From assembly GCA_964613185.1 (NCBI GenBank), contig CAZTIP010000002.1, forward strand, positions 15,757 to 79,756: DNA of 64,000 bases, in the 5' to 3' direction. The stretch comes from Candidatus Woesearchaeota archaeon. Its GTDB lineage: Archaea; Nanobdellota; Nanobdellia; Pacearchaeales; GW2011-AR1. The translations under genes and the position numbers were made by a program. Position 1 is the stretch's first letter; the number at the start of each line of letters is the position of its first letter. Positions 30,878-40,792 of this stretch are shown here, piece after piece. The notes under the pieces are model-generated. The model was not told where the DNA came from and ran no database searches. It worked only from the letters and a program-made list of their open reading frames with translations.

Positions 30878-31441
30878 ATGGATACTGGAATAAAAGTTGG
30901 CGATATTATGACACGAAATTTAGTTTTTGTTACTCCCGAAACTAATTTAATTGTTTGTGCTAAAACTATGGTTAAAAAACGGGTAGGAAATTTGTTGATA
31001 AAGGAAAAAGGTTCCGATAAATTAAAAGGTATTCTTACTGAAAAAGATATTGTTTGGGCAGTTGTTAAAAAATCTAAAAAAGATTTGAAAAATATTTTGG
31101 CCAAGGATTTAATGAAAAAAAGAGTTGTTACGATAAAACCTTTTGCAGATGTTACTGAAGCTATGCGTCGTCTTAAAAAGAAAAAAGTAAGAAGATTACC
31201 TGTTGTTGAAAGGGGAAAATTAATTGGAATCTTGACGGATAAAGATATTTTTAGGATGGACCCTGGACTTTTTCAGATGATTGCTCAGACTATTCAAATT
31301 CGTGAAGAAACTGAAAAACTCAAAAGAAGAGATGTTAATTCCTTTGGAAAAGAAGGAATTTGTGAAGAATGCGGGGTTTTTGCTATCTTAAACAGCGACG
31401 ATGTTCAAGCTATTTGTGAAACTTGCTTTAGTAAAAGATAA
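30878..31441 (+). CDS. CBS-pair domain protein with a C-terminal zinc ribbon
   Basis: Two CBS repeats, then CEECGV...CETC. Confidence 0.65.
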   Translation: MDTGIKVGDIMTRNLVFVTPETNLIVCAKTMVKKRVGNLLIKEKGSDKLKGILTEKDIVWAVVKKSKKDLKNILAKDLMKKRVVTIKPFADVTEAMRRLKKKKVRRLPVVERGKLIGILTDKDIFRMDPGLFQMIAQTIQIREETEKLKRRDVNSFGKEGICEECGVFAILNSDDVQAICETCFSKR

Positions 31442-31533
31442 TTTTTCTTTCTCGTAACATTTAAATAGATAATTATAATTTAATTATTATAAAAGGTGGT
31501 GCAAATTAAGTACCTAAATATAAAAATAATATA

Positions 31534-32028
31534 ATGGCACAAAAAAGTAATGTATTAAAACAATCTATAAAACAAAAAGGTTATTGGAATTACAATGATT
31601 TGTATATTTTTTGTTTTGATTGGTTAAAGGATAATGGATATCACGTTGCTGAAAGTGAATATACTGAAAAACTTTCGGGATTTGGAAAAGAAATATTAAT
31701 TACGTGGGAAGGTGCTAAAAAAGTTTCTGATTATTTCAAAAATACTATCTCGGTTAAATGGCATATTTTGGGTATGAATGACGCAGAGGTTGAACAAGAG
31801 GGTGTTAAGATAAAAACTAATAAAGGTGAAGTTAAAATTGTTGTTAGTGCTGATTTGGAAAGGGATTATGAAGATAAGTGGGGGAATAAGCCAATTTGGA
31901 AATTTTTAAGAGGAATTTATGATAAATATATTATTAAAACTACTATTGATGAATATGAAGGTCGATTAGAAAGTGATGCTCAAGAATATGTGAATCAAAT
32001 TAAATCTTTTTTATTGTTGAAAAAATAA
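31534..32028 (+). CDS. Hypothetical protein
   Basis: 164 aa with no recognisable motif. Confidence 0.3.
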   Translation: MAQKSNVLKQSIKQKGYWNYNDLYIFCFDWLKDNGYHVAESEYTEKLSGFGKEILITWEGAKKVSDYFKNTISVKWHILGMNDAEVEQEGVKIKTNKGEVKIVVSADLERDYEDKWGNKPIWKFLRGIYDKYIIKTTIDEYEGRLESDAQEYVNQIKSFLLLKK

Positions 32029-32079
32029 CTAAGATTTAATCACAATAATCTTTATAAGATAATCCTTGCTTTCCTTTTT

Positions 32080-33438
32080 ATGAAAAAAATTATATTTTTA
32101 TTAATGGTTTTGACCATGGCTTTTCCAGTTTCTTCTTTAGAATTTTCGGTAGATTATGATTCAAATGTTGTTGTTAGGGGAATTAGTAGTGAAATTGATT
32201 TTGCTTTGAATGTTGAAAATGCATCCTCCGGAGTTTATAATTTGTATTCTCTTGCAGATGTTTTTATTGAACCTTCTGCTAATTTTAATATAAATGAAGG
32301 TTCTATCGAAAAAGATTTTGTTTTGAAAACTGTTAAAAATTTGGATGTTTTGGGATATTATACTTTTGTTTATACTTTAAATCAACGAGGAGTTGAAAAA
32401 TTTAATGAACAATTTACAATTAATATTTTGGAATTAGAAGATGTTTTGGAAATTAGTTCTGAGGCAATAAATCCTGATTTAGATACTTTAAAATTTTATG
32501 TGAAAAATAAAGAAAATGTTAAATTAGAAAATCTTTCTGCGAAGTTTTCTTCTATTTTGTTTGATGTTGAAGAAGTTTTTGATTTGGAACCTTTTGAAAA
32601 GAGAGAGTTTTCTGTAAATGTTGGTGGAGACCTCATGAAAAAAACTAAGGCTGGAGTTTATATTATCGAAACTTTTTTTGATACTGATGATGGAACAAAA
32701 AGGGTAGATGGTAATTTGTATCTTGGGGAGAAAAAGGGAATTTCTACTGCGGAAGATGTTTCAGGTATTTTAATCAGAACTCAAACGGTTATGAAGGTGA
32801 ACGCTGGAAATGTTTTAGAAACTGTAGAAATTAAAATTAAGAAAAATATTTTTTCTAGGTTATTTACTAATTTTAATATTGAACCTTCTATAGTGGATAG
32901 AAAGGGATTTTTTGTAGAATATACTTGGATTAAAGAAAGACTTGGCCCTACTGAAAATTTTGTTATTAAGGCTAAAACTAGTTACATTATTCCATTTTTT
33001 ATTTTTATTCTTTTAGGATTTGCATTGATGGGTTATGAAAGATATGCGAAAACAAAAATTGAAGTCAAGAAGAGTGTTTCTCCAGTTAAAACGAAAAATG
33101 GGGAATTTGCTTTGAAAATAAAACTTTCTGTGATGGCTAGAAATAATGTTGAAAATGTTTCTGTGATTGATAGGGTTCCTGCGATTGTTAAAATTTATAA
33201 TAAATTTGGGATGATTAAACCCGATAAAATTGATGCGGTTAATAGAAGAATTCATTGGAATATTGGAGATTTAAATGCTGGTGAAGAAAGAGTATTCAAT
33301 TATATTGTTTATTCTAAAGTCGGAGTTGTAGGAAAATTTTCTCTTCCAAGCACTCTTGCAGTTTTTGAAAAAAATGGACAGATTCATGAAGTTGAATCAA
33401 ATAAAGTTTTTTTTATGAATGAACAAATAAAGGGTTAA
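32080..33438 (+). CDS. Hypothetical surface protein (signal peptide, TM near residue 295)
   Basis: 452 aa. It has an N-terminal signal-like segment and a hydrophobic IIPFFIFILLGFALMGY stretch. Confidence 0.4.
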   Translation: MKKIIFLLMVLTMAFPVSSLEFSVDYDSNVVVRGISSEIDFALNVENASSGVYNLYSLADVFIEPSANFNINEGSIEKDFVLKTVKNLDVLGYYTFVYTLNQRGVEKFNEQFTINILELEDVLEISSEAINPDLDTLKFYVKNKENVKLENLSAKFSSILFDVEEVFDLEPFEKREFSVNVGGDLMKKTKAGVYIIETFFDTDDGTKRVDGNLYLGEKKGISTAEDVSGILIRTQTVMKVNAGNVLETVEIKIKKNIFSRLFTNFNIEPSIVDRKGFFVEYTWIKERLGPTENFVIKAKTSYIIPFFIFILLGFALMGYERYAKTKIEVKKSVSPVKTKNGEFALKIKLSVMARNNVENVSVIDRVPAIVKIYNKFGMIKPDKIDAVNRRIHWNIGDLNAGEERVFNYIVYSKVGVVGKFSLPSTLAVFEKNGQIHEVESNKVFFMNEQIKG

Positions 33439-33441
33439 AAT

Positions 33442-33765
33442 TTAATTTATTTTTACTGCTGTTCCGTATGTTAGCATTTCTGAAGCTCCTTGCATTATCA
33501 TTGAAGTTGTAAATTTAACTCCTATAATTGCGTTTGCTTTCATATCAATTGCTTCGTTTACCATTCGATTATAGGCTTCATCCCTTGCGTTCATTGTCAT
33601 TTCTGTGTAAGTTTTTATTTCTCCTCCAACGATACTTTTAATATTTGCACCGATATCCCTTCCAAGATTCCTTGCCCTAACAGTACTCCCTTTAACAATT
33701 CCTAATATTTCGATTATCTTTTTTCCAGGAATTTCATTTCCTGTTGTAACAATTATGTTTTTCAT
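33442..33765 (-). CDS. YbjQ/UPF0145 (DUF74) family protein
   Basis: 107 aa with the GGEIKTYTEMTMNARDEAYNRMVNEA pattern typical of the YbjQ family. Confidence 0.65.
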   Translation of the reverse strand: MKNIIVTTGNEIPGKKIIEILGIVKGSTVRARNLGRDIGANIKSIVGGEIKTYTEMTMNARDEAYNRMVNEAIDMKANAIIGVKFTTSMIMQGASEMLTYGTAVKIN

Positions 33766-33965
33766 TTAAGTTTACCTCCTTTTATTTTTTCAATTTTATC
33801 TTCTTTTTTATTAAAGAAAATAAAAATTCCTATTGTCATTAGAGGTATTCCGTAAAGTAATGCTACATTATAGTTTTTTGAAAAGTTTTTTATGAAAATA
33901 TAAATTCCTAATGTTGTGATAATTGCCCCAGTAATATTTCTACTTAAGATATTTGTTTTTTTCAT
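33762..33965 (-). CDS. Small hypothetical membrane protein
   Basis: 67 aa with two hydrophobic helices. It overlaps the YbjQ start by 4 nt. Confidence 0.3.
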   Translation of the reverse strand: MKKTNILSRNITGAIITTLGIYIFIKNFSKNYNVALLYGIPLMTIGIFIFFNKKEDKIEKIKGGKLK

Positions 33966-34062
33966 AAACTCTTTTGTTTTTGAAACTTTATAATACTTTT
34001 CTTCTAAAAATTAATTTTTTTATCTTTGAAAGACTTTTATACCCTTTTTTTCTGTTTATTTT

Positions 34063-35247
34063 ATGAAAGAAATTGAAAAAGTCATTGGAAAATTTAAATA
34101 TCTTGTTGAAGATTTTATTGTCGAGGAAATTGGAGATAAATGGGATTGTAAGGTTTCTAAAATTTTTAATTCTGATAAAACCCCTGATTTTGGAAATTTA
34201 GATTTTAATTCACCAAAAGATTTTTTGTGGTGTGAAATGGAGAAGAAAGATATAGATCATTTTCAGGCTATTAAAGATTTGGCTAGTAAAATTGGAAAGT
34301 GGAACGATTCAATTGGTTATTCTGGTTCAAAAGATAAACGTGCAATTACCTCTCAGAGAGTTTCTATTTTTCAACCAAATTTAGAACTTTTAAAAAAATT
34401 TAATCATCCAAATATTTTTCTTAAAAATTTTAAATGGGCTAAAAGAAAAATTAAAATAGGTTATTTGAAGGGTAATCATTTTAGGATAATTATTAGGGAT
34501 TTGGATAAAAAAGATGCGATTAAAATTTCAAATAAAATTCGTGGATTGGAATGGTTTCCAAATTATTTTGGTCCGCAGAGATTTGGTTCTTTGAGAAAAA
34601 ATAATGTTAAGATTGGTAAATTAATTCTTAAACGAAAATTCGAGGAAGCTGTTTGGACAATTTTAACTGATGTAGGAATTAATGAAAGTTCAGATATAAA
34701 ATTTGCTAGGGAAAAATTATTGAAGGAAAAAGATTTTGACTCTGCTGCAGGATATTTTCCGAATTATCTCAAACTTGAAAAAGGAACTTTGAATTATCTT
34801 TCTAGAAATCCTGGAGATTTTATAGGAGCAATTAAAAAAGCTGAAAGAAAAAATATGTTGATGTTTGTTCATTCTGTTCAAAGTAAAATTTTTAATGAGG
34901 TTTTGGAAATTGCGTTGGATGAAGGAATTGATTTTACTAAAAAGGGTCTAGAAAGTTGTATTTTGGCAGGATATAAAACTCGATTTTATGATGGGCGATT
35001 GGGAGAAATTGAAAGAGAAGTTTTGGAAAATCATGGACTTCAATTAAATGATTTTGATGTTAGTGAAATTCCTTATCTTCGTATTAAGGGATCTTTTAGA
35101 AAAGCTGTGGTTAAAGTTGATGATTTGGAAATTTCAGTAGAAGATGATGAAGTTTTTTCGGGTTCTCGAAAGGTTGTTTTGAGTTTTACTTTACCGAGTG
35201 GAGTTTATGCTACGACTTTTTTGGAGAAATTTTTTGATTTTGAATAA
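34063..35247 (+). CDS. truD: tRNA pseudouridine synthase TruD/Pus7-like
   Basis: GYSGSKDKRAITSQ matches the TruD catalytic GxKDxxA motif. Confidence 0.7.
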   Translation: MKEIEKVIGKFKYLVEDFIVEEIGDKWDCKVSKIFNSDKTPDFGNLDFNSPKDFLWCEMEKKDIDHFQAIKDLASKIGKWNDSIGYSGSKDKRAITSQRVSIFQPNLELLKKFNHPNIFLKNFKWAKRKIKIGYLKGNHFRIIIRDLDKKDAIKISNKIRGLEWFPNYFGPQRFGSLRKNNVKIGKLILKRKFEEAVWTILTDVGINESSDIKFAREKLLKEKDFDSAAGYFPNYLKLEKGTLNYLSRNPGDFIGAIKKAERKNMLMFVHSVQSKIFNEVLEIALDEGIDFTKKGLESCILAGYKTRFYDGRLGEIEREVLENHGLQLNDFDVSEIPYLRIKGSFRKAVVKVDDLEISVEDDEVFSGSRKVVLSFTLPSGVYATTFLEKFFDFE

Positions 35248-35264
35248 TCATTAAAAAAAGAGTT

Positions 35265-35300
35265 AGCTAAAACTTTATAAATTCTTTAAGACGTTTAAAT
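35265..35300 (+). promoter_or_regulatory. TATA-like box (ctttataaat) upstream of tRNA-Tyr
   Basis: About 25-30 nt upstream of the tRNA 5' end. Confidence 0.3.
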
Positions 35301-35305
35301 TTAGT

Positions 35306-35376
35306 CCCCCCATAGCTCATTGGTAGAGCAGGCGGTTGTAGCCCGCTGTGGCCCGGTTCGATTCCTGGTGGGGGGA
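35306..35376 (+). tRNA. tRNA-Tyr(GTA)
   Basis: CCCCCCATAGCTCATTGGTAGAGCAGGCGGTTGTAGCCCGCTGTGGCCCGGTTCGATTCCTGGTGGGGGGA. The D-arm is canonical (GCTC/GAGC) and the anticodon loop is TTGTAGC. Confidence 0.8.
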
Positions 35377-35392
35377 TATTTTATTAGAATTA

Positions 35393-36124
35393 TTAATTTA
35401 ACGAACTTGCTTTAAACTTTCTATTAACTTCAACATCTTTTGCAAATCCCCTTAATGTTAGGTGCGGTCGTTTTATTCCGAAGATATTTGTAGTTAACCC
35501 ATTTGTTAAATCGCCGTAGAATTTTTCAATGATTATGCTTTCGTTTGTTAATTCCATTTTCAATTTATCTCCGTCTATCTCTATAGTTCCACTTTTCATT
35601 TCATTATATTCCCTTAATGAAATTTCTTTTAGAGTTATTAATTTGTATTTTAATTCCCCTTCAATAAGAATTTTTGAATTCGCTGACGTTGAAGATGATG
35701 GCAAACCATTTATGATTATTTTTGTTGCCTTCCCATTTAAATTAGTTATTTTTTCCCCATTGAAAGAAATTTTCCCTCGGAATCCAGTAATTATAATCTC
35801 TGACCTTTTTTGTGTGGATAGATTGAATGAATTTTCCCCAAATAATAATTTTTCTTGAGAGTCTTCTATTTCCAGGACAATCTCTGAAATTTCTTGATTT
35901 AAGGATAGTTCTTTGTTTAAATCATCTAATTGTGCTTTTATTTGAAATGAATTTTCTCCTGACAAACTTTCACTATTTCCGATTGCATTTCCAGTAATTG
36001 AACCGCCTTCGAATGCAAAAAAGAAAAGTAAAGATAGGATAAAGAGAAAAGTACTAATTAGATATACCTTTTTTTTGATTGTCTTTTTTGGTTTTCCCGG
36101 TGAGATTCTTATTTTTTGATCCAT
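35393..36124 (-). CDS. Hypothetical membrane-anchored extracellular protein
   Basis: 243 aa with a single N-terminal TM. Confidence 0.35.
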   Translation of the reverse strand: MDQKIRISPGKPKKTIKKKVYLISTFLFILSLLFFFAFEGGSITGNAIGNSESLSGENSFQIKAQLDDLNKELSLNQEISEIVLEIEDSQEKLLFGENSFNLSTQKRSEIIITGFRGKISFNGEKITNLNGKATKIIINGLPSSSTSANSKILIEGELKYKLITLKEISLREYNEMKSGTIEIDGDKLKMELTNESIIIEKFYGDLTNGLTTNIFGIKRPHLTLRGFAKDVEVNRKFKASSLN

Positions 36125-36564
36125 TAGATTCTTTTGGTTATCTCTTCTAAAAACTTATTAGGTTTATTAATGTTTTTAATTAGTAAATTTTCTGCAAATT
36201 GTGAGACCATTAAATCTCCAGTGTTTAGGACTCTTTGCCAAGGCGATTGAATTACCCCCACATCACTAATTGAACCATAAGTTATTCTTTGAACGTTTTT
36301 CATAACAATTCCTGTTGAAAATTCTAATGCAGTGGGAGTTAATGTGTAAGAAGTAAGTAACCTATGAACTTCGGTGTATTTTAATAGGAAAAATACAAAT
36401 AATAAAGAAATTATTAAAACAATTTTGTTTAAAATTAAATCTTCTTTAAAATAAATAAATGCGATTGATGCAAGAATTATTAATGCCATTAAATAATAAA
36501 AAATATATGCCTTTCTCGAACATCTTCTTTTTATGTCTTGACTGAATTTCTCTTTTTTTGCCAT
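36124..36564 (-). CDS. Membrane protein with a bacterial PH-like (YdbS/DUF304-like) domain
   Basis: Two TM helices, then the LTPTALEFSTG...ITYGSISDV pattern. Confidence 0.4.
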   Translation of the reverse strand: MAKKEKFSQDIKRRCSRKAYIFYYLMALIILASIAFIYFKEDLILNKIVLIISLLFVFFLLKYTEVHRLLTSYTLTPTALEFSTGIVMKNVQRITYGSISDVGVIQSPWQRVLNTGDLMVSQFAENLLIKNINKPNKFLEEITKRI

Positions 36565-36680
36565 ATTCTTTTAATAGTTAGTTGATATTTAAATTTATTG
36601 AGCTTTGGTTAAATTTAAAAAGCTATTATTGTAGGTTAATTTATCAGGCCTCGACTTCGGTCGGGGTTCGATCCCTATTT

Positions 36681-37478
36681 TTATTTTAAATTTATTTTTC
36701 CCTCTTGCCAATCTCTGATTATTTTAATTGCAGTTCTATTTTCATCTACTTCCCCGCCTTTAATTAAATAATTCATTTTCCTTCCTATTTCTAAGAAAAG
36801 TTCGTTATCTGTTTTTTGTTCTCTGACTTTGTAAAATTTTTCCAATGTTTTATCATCCCTTTTTTTTAAAAATTCAATTATTCTTGTTGCAACTTTTTCA
36901 GGATTTTTTATTTTATGAGGGTCTTTTGCCGAGGTTATCCCCATTTTTGTTTTTCTGTCTTCGAATGGGATAACGCCTGGAGAATCCATAATTCTAATTT
37001 TTTCAACTCTTATCCATTGTGTTTTTTTTGTTGTTCCCGAAACTGGAGAAACTTTTGCTTTTGCCGAAGGAGCTAATAAATTAACTAAGGTAGATTTTCC
37101 AACATTTGGATACCCTACTAAGCCTACTCGGAGAGTTTGACTATTCCAATTTTCAGAAAGATTTACCAAATAATTTTTTAATTTTTTAATCCCCGTTTTT
37201 CTTTTTCCAGAAATAAAATATGCTTGAGGATATTCTTTTTTTAATTTCTTTATTTCTTTATTATTTATTAAATCTGATTTGTTAAAAACTAGTGTAAGCC
37301 TTTTTTTCATTTTTGATGCCTTTTCTATTATCTCAGAATTCCTAGTTATTTCTGGCATTCTTGCATCAACTAATAAAAGTATTATGTCCGAATTTTTTAG
37401 AACATTCAAAACAACTGGCCAAAATCCCATTTTATTATTATGTAACTCTAATTTATAAAATGCTTGGTTAGAAAACAT
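36681..37478 (-). CDS. Circularly permuted GTPase (YlqF/RbgA/Nog2-like ribosome biogenesis GTPase)
   Basis: G4 (FNKSD) precedes G1 (GYPNVGKSTLVN). G3 is DSPGVI. Confidence 0.75.
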   Translation of the reverse strand: MFSNQAFYKLELHNNKMGFWPVVLNVLKNSDIILLLVDARMPEITRNSEIIEKASKMKKRLTLVFNKSDLINNKEIKKLKKEYPQAYFISGKRKTGIKKLKNYLVNLSENWNSQTLRVGLVGYPNVGKSTLVNLLAPSAKAKVSPVSGTTKKTQWIRVEKIRIMDSPGVIPFEDRKTKMGITSAKDPHKIKNPEKVATRIIEFLKKRDDKTLEKFYKVREQKTDNELFLEIGRKMNYLIKGGEVDENRTAIKIIRDWQEGKINLK

Positions 37479-37507
37479 TTAAATAGTTGGATTTTTTTTT
37501 GGTTTAG

Positions 37508-38341
37508 ATGAAAAAAAAGGTGGCATTAGTTACTGGGGCCTCTTCTGGACTTGGAAAGAATATTGCTATGCTTCTTTGTGGTCGTGGAGATGTTGTTTAT
37601 GTGACTGCAAGAAGAAAGAATTTGCTCGAACAATTGAAAAAAGAGTGTTCGAAATTTTCCGGTAAAATTATCCCTGTTGTTGGAGATTTGACTGTGAAAG
37701 ACTTTAGAACTCGTTTGATTTCAAAAGTTATTAAGGTTGAAGGTCAAATTGATTATCTTGTGAATAATGCAGGATTTGGAAGGTCGATTGCTTATGAACG
37801 ACAAGACTCCGATGAAATCCAAAATATGATTAATCTTAATGTGGTTGCTTATGCCCACCTTAGTAAACTTGTTCTTGAACAGATGAAGAAGCAAGATTTT
37901 GGTCGCTTGATTCATGTAGGTTCTGTTGTTGCATTTACACCCTTACCTTATTTTACATTGTATAATTCGACGAAATCTGCAGTTTATGGTTTTAATCGTT
38001 CTCTTCGTTATGAATTGAAGAATTCTAAAATAACTTCTACAGTAGTGTTACCTGCTCGAATGAAAACCGGGTTTGCTAAAACTGCTTATGATTGTTATGA
38101 GAAAAATGGGAGTATTGTTTGTGTTGATAGGTTTAATAGTTCTGCGGGAGACCCATTAGTTGTTGCTCGGCAAATTGTGAATAAGATTGATAAGGGGCAC
38201 GAGGTAATAACTCCCACTGCCAAGGCTAAATTGTGGTATGCTATGCGTTATTTTGGATTTCTTGTAGATTTTATTATGGGTAATTTTTTAGGACCTAGGG
38301 AGCTTAAACATATTAATGAAGCCGAACTAGTTAAAAAATAA
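37508..38341 (+). CDS. Short-chain dehydrogenase/reductase (SDR)
   Basis: TGASSGLGKNIA Rossmann motif and NNAG. Confidence 0.85.
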   Translation: MKKKVALVTGASSGLGKNIAMLLCGRGDVVYVTARRKNLLEQLKKECSKFSGKIIPVVGDLTVKDFRTRLISKVIKVEGQIDYLVNNAGFGRSIAYERQDSDEIQNMINLNVVAYAHLSKLVLEQMKKQDFGRLIHVGSVVAFTPLPYFTLYNSTKSAVYGFNRSLRYELKNSKITSTVVLPARMKTGFAKTAYDCYEKNGSIVCVDRFNSSAGDPLVVARQIVNKIDKGHEVITPTAKAKLWYAMRYFGFLVDFIMGNFLGPRELKHINEAELVKK

Positions 38342-38836
38342 CTAGAATAAGTCTATTAACCAATTAGGAAAAACTCCTGTGTCGTTACAATGGTAGGTTT
38401 TATGAAATATCTGATTGAGTCTTAAATCTATTTCAAAATCTTTTTTCATCCAATTATTCTCCCCTGTCCATCCAAGATTTGGTGGTTTAAATTTTTCAGG
38501 ATTATATCCAAAACATTTTTTGAAAATTTCTTTCCCTTCGAAAACATATTCTTCATTTCTAGTTGTTTCAAATTCTTTGTAAGTGTGATAAACTCCATGC
38601 ATTGCTAGTTCTTTATTAAATGTTAAAATTTCTGAACACCATTCTTCATCTCCCGAAATGTTTATCCCATTGAAAGATGGGACAATATAAAGAATATCCG
38701 ATTTTTTTATTAATTCTTTATCGCATTCAATTCCAATTGTTAAATCATCAAGTTGTCTTTCTGAAAATAAACGAATAAAAAATAATGTTGAAATTAAAAT
38801 TAAAATTATTGTTAGAATTATATTTATTTTTTTCAT
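38342..38836 (-). CDS. Hypothetical secreted protein
   Basis: 164 aa with an N-terminal hydrophobic signal. Confidence 0.3.
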   Translation of the reverse strand: MKKINIILTIILILISTLFFIRLFSERQLDDLTIGIECDKELIKKSDILYIVPSFNGINISGDEEWCSEILTFNKELAMHGVYHTYKEFETTRNEEYVFEGKEIFKKCFGYNPEKFKPPNLGWTGENNWMKKDFEIDLRLNQIFHKTYHCNDTGVFPNWLIDLF

Positions 38837-38908
38837 TTGAATTTATAATAATTATAAAATATATAAACCTATACTATTTTATAATTTTCTTGAAGACCTG
38901 ATTTTTAA

Positions 38909-39598
38909 TTAAAAATCTATATGAATTTTTTTTGTAGAATATTTATGAGCTTGACAAACAAAACATTCGGGAATCTTTAATTCTTTTATTGTTCTTACGT
39001 AGGTTTTAATTAAGGAATTATCTGCTGAAAATATTCCTGTATTCTTTCCATTATAAACTGCACCCCGAATTAATTCCTGATCTGCAAATGAGACTCCATC
39101 ACTTTTTTCAAAGAAATAATTTAGACAGTCCTCTATTTCATAATTTTTTTTTAATGGCATTTCGGTTAAATTTTTTTCTAATAAATTGTATATTTTTCTT
39201 GATTTATGAAGAATTCTTTTGTTAATTTTTCTTTCTTCATTATATAATTTTGGAAGTGCTAAATTTTTTGGTTTTTTATGTTTGCTGTTTTTCCCTCCCC
39301 TTCCCAAAGACCTTAAACTTCTTTTTCTTTTTCTAAATTCTTTTTCTAAATTCCCAAAAAAATTAACGCCCTCTAAAATTTCTTCAAGAACTAAAGGTGT
39401 TGTAGAGATTCCCCCCTGCCTTAATTTAAAGATTGAATTTAAATCATTATATCTTTTTTCTATAATGTGTGAATCTCTCCAATTTTCTCCGTTATTTGCC
39501 CCTGTCCAAGAAATTGCACTTGTATCTATAAATAAACTTCCAGTTAATGGGACATAATCTGCCCCTTGCTGATATTCACGGGGTTGTGGGAATTTCAT
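38909..39598 (-). CDS. Hypothetical protein
   Basis: 229 aa with a basic central region. Confidence 0.3.
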   Translation of the reverse strand: MKFPQPREYQQGADYVPLTGSLFIDTSAISWTGANNGENWRDSHIIEKRYNDLNSIFKLRQGGISTTPLVLEEILEGVNFFGNLEKEFRKRKRSLRSLGRGGKNSKHKKPKNLALPKLYNEERKINKRILHKSRKIYNLLEKNLTEMPLKKNYEIEDCLNYFFEKSDGVSFADQELIRGAVYNGKNTGIFSADNSLIKTYVRTIKELKIPECFVCQAHKYSTKKIHIDF

Positions 39599-39928
39599 AA
39601 TTAAATTAGATGGTTGATTGTTTATAACTTTTATTATATGCGACTTACTACTTTTTAATAACTCAGCACTACTTGGAAGTCAAACTCTATATAAATGAAA
39701 TTATTGTTTCAAGTATATCTTAGAATTCATAATTCTATATAAAGAAAAAAATCTTCTTTTGTTTAAGGAGGTAAAAATGATAGTTGAGGTGAATATTATG
39801 TATGATAACTTGGAAGAGAATGGCTCTCGTGAACGAGATAAGGTCATAAGAGCGATAGATTCTGCAATGAATGGTGCGTCGTGGGAATCTGAAGGTGAAG
39901 GTTGGATTGCTAGAAGATAATTAAAAAT

Positions 39929-40771
39929 TTATTTTATTTTAATTTTTCCTTCTTGCCAATCTCTTAAAATAATTCGGGAAGTTCGGTCGATATCGACCTT
40001 CCCCTTTTTCTTTAAGAAATTTCTTTCATGACCTAATTTTTCGATTAATATTTCTGAATCCCCCTCTGAATCTATTTTGTAATATTGTTCTATTTTTTTT
40101 GAAAAATCTTTCATTAAGTGGTGGACTATGTCTTCAGGATCTTTAACATCATTATAACTTCGTGCACCTACTTTTGCGTCTTCCGAGAAAGTCATTTTTG
40201 CAGAACTAGAATATTTTGATTCTGGAATTACTCCGGGAGTATCTAAAATTAAAATTCCTTCACTCATCTTTATTTTTTGCATTCCTTTTGTGTATCCTGC
40301 CTGTCTTGAAGTCCCAGTTACTCCCCTTCGAGTTATTAAATTTATTATTGAACTTTTTCCAGAGTTAGGATAGCCAATTACCCCAATATGAACTCTTTTT
40401 TTCTCACCAATATCTGCTCTTTTAGATTCAATTTTAATCTTGTTTCTTAAATTGTTTGAACCTTTTCTTGTTTTTGCAGATACGAACACATAAGGTTTCA
40501 AATCTTTTGGGAGAGTTTTTTCAAGTTTTTCTGAATCTATAAGGTCTGCCTTGTTTAAGACAAAAATTATTTTCTTTCCCTGTTTTTTAATTTCTTCTTC
40601 GATTTCTTTATTTCTTGTTTCTTCAATATACCTTGAATCCAAAATTTCTAAGATTACCTCTGAAATCCCGATTACTTCCCTCATTACATCAGGATACTTT
40701 TTCTTTTGTTTTTTTATGTTTTCAATTCTTCCAGTATGTCTTGAACCAAAACTATAACGAACTCTTACCAT
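39929..40771 (-). CDS. Circularly permuted GTPase, a paralog of 36681..37478
   Basis: LNKADL precedes GYPNSGKSSIINL. DTPGVI is present. The C-terminus RDWQEGKIKIK matches the other paralog's RDWQEGKINLK. Confidence 0.75.
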   Translation of the reverse strand: MVRVRYSFGSRHTGRIENIKKQKKKYPDVMREVIGISEVILEILDSRYIEETRNKEIEEEIKKQGKKIIFVLNKADLIDSEKLEKTLPKDLKPYVFVSAKTRKGSNNLRNKIKIESKRADIGEKKRVHIGVIGYPNSGKSSIINLITRRGVTGTSRQAGYTKGMQKIKMSEGILILDTPGVIPESKYSSSAKMTFSEDAKVGARSYNDVKDPEDIVHHLMKDFSKKIEQYYKIDSEGDSEILIEKLGHERNFLKKKGKVDIDRTSRIILRDWQEGKIKIK

Positions 40772-40792
40772 TTAAGAATAGATTTTCTCTGT

